A DNA stretch of 51,337 bases, from assembly GCA_038209745.1 (NCBI GenBank), contig JBBQXJ010000029.1:1-51337 (forward strand). The letters are read 5' to 3'. Below, piece by piece: positions 1-7,093 of this stretch. The DNA comes from Verrucomicrobiota bacterium. Its GTDB lineage: Bacteria > Verrucomicrobiota > Verrucomicrobiia > Limisphaerales > CANJSG01. The stretch's first letter is position 1, and each line of letters starts with the position of its first letter. Below the pieces are notes generated by a model. The model was not told the DNA's origin. It did not search any database and saw only the letters and a program-made list of their open reading frames with translations. A program made the position numbers and the translations under genes.

Positions 1-1296
1 GTCGCCGAAGGCAGCGCCGTGGTCATGTCACTAATCCAGACCGGCAAGATCGAGGCCATCGTCGGCGTGAGCTGCCTGAGCGTTTTGGAACGGTCGTTCC
101 CCTACATGGAAGCGGCGGCCATTCCCGGCGTGGCGGTGCCGTTGCTCCAGGACGACTGCATCGACACCACCGTCGATCTCGACTGGATCTGGGACTACAT
201 CCACCTGACCGCCGATGACAAGACGCGGCGTCTCGATCTCGGCACCTTGCGCGACGACGTGGACTTCTGGTTCACGCCCGCGTCATTGGAGATGGTCATG
301 GGTCGCGGCGAAGGCCAGACCGAGAAGATCGCCCGCGACTGGCTCATGCGCGCCGGCAAACGTTGGCGGCCGTTCCTCGTCGTCGCGGCCTACCAGGCGC
401 TGCGCGAGGACACCGGTGGCACGATTCCCGAGGATCTGAAGAAGATCGCCGTAGCCGTGGAATGCTTCCACAAGGCGTCGCTCATCCACGACGACATCGA
501 GGACAACGACTCGATGCGCTACGGCGAGAAGACCCTGCACGAGGAACATGGCGTGGCCGTCGCGCTCAACGTCGGCGACCTGCTCATCGGCGAAGGCTAC
601 CGATTGCTCGCCGCCAGCAAGGCCAGCCCCGCGCAAAAGGCCACCATGTTCATGGTCGCGTCCGAAGGCCAGCGCCAGCTCTGCCGCGGCCAAGGCGCCG
701 AACTTCTTTGGACCGCCAAGCCGGGCGTGCTGACGCCGCTGGAGGTGTTGGACATTTTCCGCCGCAAAACCGCACCCGCCTTCGAGGTCGCCCTGCGGCT
801 TGGCGCGCTCTACGCCGGCGAAGACATTCACGAGGAGGTGGAAGACGTGCTCAGCGCCTACAGCGAAGCGCTCGGTATCGCCTACCAGATCCGCGACGAC
901 CTGAGCGACCTCGGCGACGCCGGAGAAAGCAACGACATCTCCGGACTGCGTCCCAGCCTGCTGCTGGCCGTGGCCCACGAACGGGCCAACGGCGCGAACC
1001 GCGACATCACCACCGGCCTCTGGCAACGCCAGCCACCCGCCGGGTTCGCCGTGGCCGACATCGAGAAGCTCTACGCCGAAGTCGGCGCCGACGAGCGCTG
1101 CCGCACACTGTTGGAAACCTACAAGGAAGAAGCCATCCGCAGCCTCCGCGACCTGGAAAACCCGAATCTCAAGGGCCTCCTCCGCCGCGTCCTCGGCAAG
1201 ATCTTCAACGACGTCGAGATCAAGGGCTGGTGCAAGGAACAGGAACAGCGCAACGCCCAGAAGAAGGCCGAAGGCGAAGTGGTGGCAACGGCGTGA
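1..1296 (+). CDS. Polyprenyl synthetase family protein (trans-isoprenyl diphosphate synthase) with N-terminal extension (DUF116-like); 5'-truncated by window edge
   Basis: Frame open from base 1; GKRWRP motif, first Asp-rich motif HDDIED..R, GQ motif, KT motif, second Asp-rich motif YQIRDDLSD; the preceding 'IVGVSCL..LE...GVAVPLLQDDCIDT' segment resembles the end of DUF116. Confidence 0.85.
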   Translation, partial: VAEGSAVVMSLIQTGKIEAIVGVSCLSVLERSFPYMEAAAIPGVAVPLLQDDCIDTTVDLDWIWDYIHLTADDKTRRLDLGTLRDDVDFWFTPASLEMVMGRGEGQTEKIARDWLMRAGKRWRPFLVVAAYQALREDTGGTIPEDLKKIAVAVECFHKASLIHDDIEDNDSMRYGEKTLHEEHGVAVALNVGDLLIGEGYRLLAASKASPAQKATMFMVASEGQRQLCRGQGAELLWTAKPGVLTPLEVLDIFRRKTAPAFEVALRLGALYAGEDIHEEVEDVLSAYSEALGIAYQIRDDLSDLGDAGESNDISGLRPSLLLAVAHERANGANRDITTGLWQRQPPAGFAVADIEKLYAEVGADERCRTLLETYKEEAIRSLRDLENPNLKGLLRRVLGKIFNDVEIKGWCKEQEQRNAQKKAEGEVVATA

Positions 1297-1387
1297 AGGG
1301 CCGCAGGATCGATTTGTTTGGTCCCTTCGGGATTACGAGTGGGTCACGTCAAGCGGGCATGTTTTCGAAATCGTGTCTGCTTTCAGC

Positions 1388-1598
1388 AATCCCAACGGGA
1401 TTGTGTCGCTTAGCCCAGGGTTGCGCGTCACGCGCTACCCTGGGGAGAGCGTTCAACAGTTTTCAACCCCACCGGGGTTGTGTCACATCCCGTCTCTATG
1501 GCCGCAACCCGTTCAGGGTTGGTTCATCGTGGGTAGTGGAATCCAGGGTAACGCCTGCGGCGCAACCCTGGGCTATCAGTCGGAGTCCCGTTGGAATT
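1388..1598. repeat. Nested palindromic intergenic element (REP/MITE-like)
   Basis: Terminal IR AATCCCAACGGGA / TCCCGTTGGAATT (1 mismatch); perfect 16-bp IR TAGCCCAGGGTTGCGC (1411-1426) / GCGCAACCCTGGGCTA (1560-1575); TACCCTGG/CCAGGGTA; internal hairpins CAACCCCACCGGGGTTG and CAACCCGTTCAGGGTTG. Confidence 0.8.
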
Positions 1599-1647
1599 CG
1601 TTGCATTTCGCGGCTTCAATCACGGTGACGTTTCAGCACCTCCGTCC

Positions 1648-2535
1648 ATGTCCCTCCGCCTCCAACTCCTCCAGGTCGCCCGGCTTGCACCGCGGTTGTT
1701 GGACGATTCCGTCGACTTGGTCCGGGGCTTCTTCACCAGACAGTTCAACGCCGACGGCGCGGGGTGTGATCGGGACGGACGACCGGATCTCTACTACACC
1801 ATCTTCGCCCTGGCCGGCGCGCAGGCGCTGGATGTGCCGCTGCCGACGGATCGAACAGCGGCTTGGTTGAAGACCTTCGGCGACGGCGCAGGTTTGGACT
1901 TCGTCCATCTCGGAGCGTTGGCGCGTTGCTGGGCTGCCTTGGACAAAGCGGGCATGGCCGAGGGCTTGGACACGGCCGTGCTCAGTCGCATCGAAACCTT
2001 TCGCAAACCCGACGGCGGCTACGAAGGCGACATCAAGCTCCAACACGGCACGGCCTACGGTGCGTTCGTCGCGCTCGGCGCCTATCAGGACTTGGGCCAC
2101 ACGCCGCCGAGTGTCATCGAACTGGTGCGGGGATTGAAGCGGTTGGAGAGCAGGGACGGCGCGTGGAGCAACGTGCCTGGAATGCCCGTCGGCGCGCTCA
2201 ACGCCACGGCTGGAGCGGTCACGCTGATCCGCCATCTCGGGTTTCCCGTGAACCAGGCCGTCGGCGATTGGCTGCTGGCGCAGGCGCATCCGGATGGCGG
2301 CTTCAAGGCCACGCCGAACGCGCCCGTGCCCGACCTGCTCTCCACCGCCACCGCGCTGCATGCTTTGTCCGCGATCGATCGCCGCATCCCCAGCGCGATC
2401 CACGAGCGCTGCCTCGACTTCATCGACACGCTCTGGACGGCCGAAGGCGGCTTCCACGGCCACTGGGCCGACGATCATCTGGATGCGGAATACACCTTCT
2501 ACGGACTCTTGGCTCTCGGCCATCTGAGCCTGTGA
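1648..2535 (+). CDS. Prenyltransferase/squalene oxidase repeat protein (terpene cyclase/protein prenyltransferase beta-like alpha/alpha barrel)
   Basis: Repeated (Q/R)xxDGG[FY] motifs (QFNADGAG, RKPDGGY, QAHPDGGF, TAEGGF) and DLYYT / DAEYTFYGLLALG; ATG at 1648 lies just after the palindromic element. Confidence 0.8.
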   Translation: MSLRLQLLQVARLAPRLLDDSVDLVRGFFTRQFNADGAGCDRDGRPDLYYTIFALAGAQALDVPLPTDRTAAWLKTFGDGAGLDFVHLGALARCWAALDKAGMAEGLDTAVLSRIETFRKPDGGYEGDIKLQHGTAYGAFVALGAYQDLGHTPPSVIELVRGLKRLESRDGAWSNVPGMPVGALNATAGAVTLIRHLGFPVNQAVGDWLLAQAHPDGGFKATPNAPVPDLLSTATALHALSAIDRRIPSAIHERCLDFIDTLWTAEGGFHGHWADDHLDAEYTFYGLLALGHLSL

Positions 2536-2916
2536 GTCGGCGGTCGGCGCTCACACCTTCGGGTTCCATTCCTTGCGGTCGTCGAAGATGCGACGTTTGA
2601 AAGTGGTGGTGGGCCGGTGGAGTGGCGCCCGGGTGGGCACGCTCCAAGGGCTGCGGGCAAGTCCACACCCGACATGGTGGCCGTCTTAGGCACTCGACCG
2701 ATCGCCGATCAGCAGGCCGGTTCCGACTCCTGCGTGCCGCTCTTGCGGCGGGTGGTTACGTTTTTCCAGACGGGCGTCCCACCGGTTCTCAAGGAGGAAA
2801 CGATCGCGCTGTTCCCCCTTCATGGCGCCGGCGGACAAGAGCACGCGTCTGTGCGGCGTGCCAGTAATGTTGAAGAAAATGCTTGGGAAAGTTCGTCGTT
2901 GAAAGCGAGCAGGCGC

Positions 2917-3129
2917 TCAGAGATCGGTCGATTCGTCGCGCTTCTCCAGCTTGAGCAGGTGCTTCTTTACGACCTCGACCTGTTTGGTCAGTTCGAAGAC
3001 CGCTTTGAGCAGCTCGTTCTGCGTGGCCGGATCGGCGAGCTTCGGCACTAGCGGGTGAATGGCGGTGATCGTGGCCGCGATCTGGTTCGTGCGCTCGCGG
3101 ATGGCGGAGATGGCTTCGGGGCGTTCCAT
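2917..3129 (-). CDS. Small helical/coiled-coil hypothetical protein
   Basis: 70-aa ORF with protein-like composition and GC3-biased codons, 6 bp downstream of the DUF3817 gene. Confidence 0.7.
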   Translation of the reverse strand: MERPEAISAIRERTNQIAATITAIHPLVPKLADPATQNELLKAVFELTKQVEVVKKHLLKLEKRDESTDL

Positions 3130-3135
3130 GATGGA

Positions 3136-3441
3136 TCAGGATTGGGAGGACATCTCGGCCTCGTGGGCGCGCAGGCGCCGGTCAATGAGGAAGGGGCCGA
3201 AGGGAATCAGAGCGCTGACGAAGACGAGCGCCGCTCGGCCAGCGGACCACTTCGCCGCCCGCGCGGCGACGATCAACTGCACGACGACCGAGACGAAGAG
3301 GATGCCGTGCAGCATCCCGAGGATGCGAACGGCCATCGGCATATGCGCCAGGTATTTCAGCGGCATGGCCACGAACAGGAGGACCAAAAAGGAGGTTCCT
3401 TCCATGAGGGTGAACTGTCGAAGTCGGTGGATCGGATTCAT
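3136..3441 (-). CDS. DUF3817 family membrane protein
   Basis: EGTSFLVLLFVAMPLKY, G.LHG.LF and SALIPFGPF motifs; ATG at 3441. Confidence 0.85.
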   Translation of the reverse strand: MNPIHRLRQFTLMEGTSFLVLLFVAMPLKYLAHMPMAVRILGMLHGILFVSVVVQLIVAARAAKWSAGRAALVFVSALIPFGPFLIDRRLRAHEAEMSSQS

Positions 3442-4095
3442 AAATCGGCAATCAGGAGATTTTGTTACCACCGATTGGTCTTGGGCTCAATGCGCGGGAT
3501 TGTGGGCGGGTGCGACTGGACGGCGGCTTCATGACGATTTTCGGAGCGTATTCTTACGACCTCGATTCGGCGGAGTGTTCGTGGTGCGACGACCCATGGG
3601 CGGACGGCCAGTGATAATTTGCCACCCCGCCGCAGTGCCGGCCAGGCGCAAGGCGACCCCGACGGGTGCTTCCGGCGATAATCGCGGGGGGGGGATCAGC
3701 CTCATACTCGGCAAAATGCATCGCTGAAGCGGCTGATCGAGCCAAAGCCGGAATCGATGGAGGCATCCTCGATCTTCTGGTCGGTCGTGGCGGGAACTTT
3801 GATAGGACAGAGGATGGGCGGATTCCACGCCTGTCTGATCTTCGGCTTGCTGGACGATGGTTTGGTGCTTCCGGAGGCATCGACATCGTGGCGACGGGCC
3901 ATCAAAGGAACTGTGACTCCCATTGCCTTGGACTAAGCCGGGAACAAGTCGAGCCGCTGATCGATAATCGTCACGCCGCTGGATCGATCGGTTTCTTCGG
4001 TGAACGTTTTCCAATAGGCATTGTCGATTTCGATGGCTAGTCTCTTTCTCGTTATGCTTGTCACTCGTGCTGCCAATGAAAATTCGGTCATCGGG

Positions 4096-5133
4096 ATGCG
4101 ACTAAAGTCCGTTATTAGTAAGCTGGTTTATTTTGCGCCTAAGGTTCATCCAGAGCACGGACTGGGCGAAGTCATGGCTTGCGCCAAGTTTGTCGTCCGA
4201 GGTTTGGTCAACTGTCGAAGGACGGGCGAATGGTTTCAGATCTTGGATTCTCCGAATCTTCGAGTGGCCTTTGAGAGCCATCCGCACATTCTGAGCAAGC
4301 TCCAGCGACCCTACCTCCACCGGAAACTGGGCAAGAGGCGGATCGAAGCCCTGAGAGGGCACTACGGATTCATGCTGCGGCGGTTTTCCGCTGAATTTAT
4401 CCGCGATGTGTTTGTCGGGAAAGGTCCGCTGCTAACCCTGCTCGAGTTCGAAGGAGGCCGCCGGTACGGGCTGCGGCTGGCCTATGTGGAGCATTTGGAG
4501 AAGGAGGGAGATCTGAACCTGGTGTTGATGGACGAAGACCAGGAAAAGGTCCTTTTCTCGATCTCATTCTGCGTTGTTCCCACGGCAGACGGAGGTGAGC
4601 AGGTGTTCGTCGGCGGGATCCAAGGATGGAGGGATCCGGACGCGAAGGCGCGGATCGTGGCGCTGACACGGGCCATGCACGGATTACGCCCAAAGGCCTT
4701 CCTGCTAGTGGTTCTACAATTTTTGACCACTGCTTGGGGCTTAAACGGTCTTCGGGCCGTCAGCAACGAAATGCATGTTTTCCGGCATTTCCACAAACGA
4801 CGTCACATCAATGCGGATTATGACACATTGTGGGAGGACAGCGGCGGAGTTCGAGACGGGGATCGGATGTTCACGTTGCCGGCCATGCCGATACGGCGGG
4901 ATCCAGCGAGCATCGACCGCTCGAAGCGGTCGATGTATCGCAAACGCTACGAATTTCTCGACGAATTGTTCGGACTGATCAGCGCCAACGCAATCGCCGC
5001 CAATCCAGTGACAGCGCCGATATTGGCCGTGTCGACGAAGGGCAAGATCGGGAAACCGACTCCATTGGAAGGGGATGGAGAGGAAGCTCGAACCATTGCC
5101 AATGTCGCCACTGCTCATCCGCGTGACGCCTGA
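4096..5133 (+). CDS. VirK/YbjX (DUF535) family protein
   Basis: K..RPYL, KEG.L.L.L, FVGGIQG, LTRAMHGLRPK, ADYD.LW...GG, S.KRSMYRKRY motifs; start uncertain (4021-4096). Confidence 0.85.
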   Translation: MRLKSVISKLVYFAPKVHPEHGLGEVMACAKFVVRGLVNCRRTGEWFQILDSPNLRVAFESHPHILSKLQRPYLHRKLGKRRIEALRGHYGFMLRRFSAEFIRDVFVGKGPLLTLLEFEGGRRYGLRLAYVEHLEKEGDLNLVLMDEDQEKVLFSISFCVVPTADGGEQVFVGGIQGWRDPDAKARIVALTRAMHGLRPKAFLLVVLQFLTTAWGLNGLRAVSNEMHVFRHFHKRRHINADYDTLWEDSGGVRDGDRMFTLPAMPIRRDPASIDRSKRSMYRKRYEFLDELFGLISANAIAANPVTAPILAVSTKGKIGKPTPLEGDGEEARTIANVATAHPRDA

Positions 5134-5243
5134 GCGTTTGGAACGAACGAAGCTTTCCTCTCGGCGCGTGATTTCCGGACAGGACAGATAGGATTCGCCG
5201 CCCGTCGGTGGTTGAGTCAGTTGTCCAGTCGCGGTTGAGATTC

Positions 5244-5260
5244 CTGCGGGCCGCAGTTTT
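5244..5260 (+). terminator. Possible intrinsic terminator downstream of the DUF535 gene
   Basis: CTGCG-GGC-CGCAG hairpin followed by TTTT; short stem. Confidence 0.3.
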
Positions 5261-5746
5261 GAATCGGCCGGAAGGGTGGCCGTTCATTGTGATTTGAACG
5301 CTTTCTCCTGGTAGGAGGGGTTCGCGCCGAAGTTGCGGATTGCGTCGCGGGAAGGTTCGATGAACGGCCAGCCGCTCCAGCCCATTTTATTGAGAGCGTT
5401 TTCCAACCAAACACCTCCCACATCCTCGGAGAGGGTCTCGGCCGGCTTTGTAGAAACTTGTCCCGCGCGCACCTTATCGACTTTGCTTTGATCGGCGGCG
5501 CGCGGCGGGCGAGGTGACGCCGGCGTTCGCGATAACCGTGGGATACGCTTCGGCGGCAGATTGGATTTCCCGATAGGAGGGCGGACAGGGTTCGTCCACG
5601 CGGATCTTCGCGATCACCCCGGCTCTGACTCCGATCGGCTCTGGCTGCACCCCATTGGGCGAAAGCACATGGGAAGGGGACGAAAGCGCGATTTCGTCAA
5701 GACCCGCACCGGTGTTGCGTCCGCTCTTGGAGCCAGTCGCTGGGTC

Positions 5747-6964
5747 CTACGACTCGTCGGCCGCGATGACGCGGAGGATTTCTTCGAGGGGTGTCTCGCC
5801 GCGAAGGGCTCGGTCTAGGCCGTTCTGCCACATGGGCTGCATGCCTTGTTGGACGGCGATCTGATGGAGCTGCTTGGTCGGGAGCTTCTTCAGCGCGGCG
5901 TCGCGGAAGACCTGGTCGACGATGAGCATTTCGGTGAGGGATTTGCGGCCGCTGAAACCGGTTTCGACACAATGCCGACATCCCGCTCCTCGGCGGAACT
6001 GGGCGGTCTCCAAGGCGGCGGTTGGGAGCAGCTTGAGCAGTTCTTCCTCGGGCTCGTAGGGCTCGGCGCAGTAGGTGCAGTTCTTGCGGATGAGCCGCAC
6101 GCCGAGGACGCCGATGACGGAGGAGGCGAGGAGGAAGGGCTCCATGTCCATGTTGATCATGCGCGCAAAGACCCCGGCGGTGCTGCCGGAGTGGATGGTG
6201 CTGATGACCAGATGGCCGGTGAGTCCGGCTTGGACGGCGATGTTGGCGGTCTCTGCGTCGCGGATCTCGCCGATCATGATGACCTGCGGATCTTGGCGCA
6301 TGAGGGAGCGGAGAGCGACGGGGTAGGTGAATTCCTTCACCTTGTTCACCTGGGCCTGGGAGACCATGGGGAGGTTGAACTCCACTGGATCCTCGACCGT
6401 GGCGATGCTGATGGTGCTGCCGTGTTTTGCGATCAAATGGCAGAGGGCGGAGTAGATGGCGGTGGTCTTGCCGGAGCCGGTGGGACCGTTGAGCAGAATG
6501 AGGCCGCTGGGCTTGGAGAGGAGCTTCTTGAACTTCACCAAAGTGTCGTCGTCGAAGCCAAGACTGGGGAGGTCGAAGCTGCGATTGCTGGGGTCGAAGA
6601 GGCGGACGACGATCTTTTCGCCGCGAGTCGTGGGAAATACGGAGATGCGCTGTTCGACGCCGCCGAGCTCCGGATCCGCCGGGGCGTGGCCCTCTTGGGG
6701 AATGTCGGACTGGTAGGTGATGAGGTTGGCCATGACCTTGAAGCGGCCGGAGACCTTCTCCATGAGCTCCAAGGGAAGGTGGACGAGTTCCTGGAGGACG
6801 CCGTTGAGGCGGAGTCGGACGACGAGGGTGCTCTCCCAGGGCTCGATGTGGATGTCGCTGGCGCCCGCTTGGATGGCGTCAAACAGGAGATACTTCACGA
6901 GGACGCCGATCTCGATTTCTCGGCGGGCAGTTTCGGATTCCAGATAACGGAGGGTTTCGCTCAC
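5747..6964 (-). CDS. GspE/PulE/PilB family secretion or pilus assembly ATPase
   Basis: ASDIHIEP, Walker A GPTGSGKTT, TVEDPVE, LMRQDPQVIMIGEIRD, TGHLVISTIH, Zn-binding CTYC...CRHC. Confidence 0.92.
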   Translation of the reverse strand: MSETLRYLESETARREIEIGVLVKYLLFDAIQAGASDIHIEPWESTLVVRLRLNGVLQELVHLPLELMEKVSGRFKVMANLITYQSDIPQEGHAPADPELGGVEQRISVFPTTRGEKIVVRLFDPSNRSFDLPSLGFDDDTLVKFKKLLSKPSGLILLNGPTGSGKTTAIYSALCHLIAKHGSTISIATVEDPVEFNLPMVSQAQVNKVKEFTYPVALRSLMRQDPQVIMIGEIRDAETANIAVQAGLTGHLVISTIHSGSTAGVFARMINMDMEPFLLASSVIGVLGVRLIRKNCTYCAEPYEPEEELLKLLPTAALETAQFRRGAGCRHCVETGFSGRKSLTEMLIVDQVFRDAALKKLPTKQLHQIAVQQGMQPMWQNGLDRALRGETPLEEILRVIAADES

Positions 6965-7038
6965 GGTTGACTTCCTTTTGTTGCTGAAGAGCTAATGAAA
7001 CGAGCCATGGGATGCCAGCTTGATTCTCCTCCGGGCAC

Positions 7039-7072
7039 AAAAAAGCCGCCGATTCCAAGAGGAACCGGCGGC
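7039..7072 (-). terminator. Intrinsic terminator after the PVC-type heme protein gene
   Basis: Minus strand GCCGCCGGTTCC-TCTT-GGAATCGGCGGC followed by TTTTTT. Confidence 0.8.
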
Positions 7073-7093
7073 GGTGAAGGGGAGGCGTCGACG

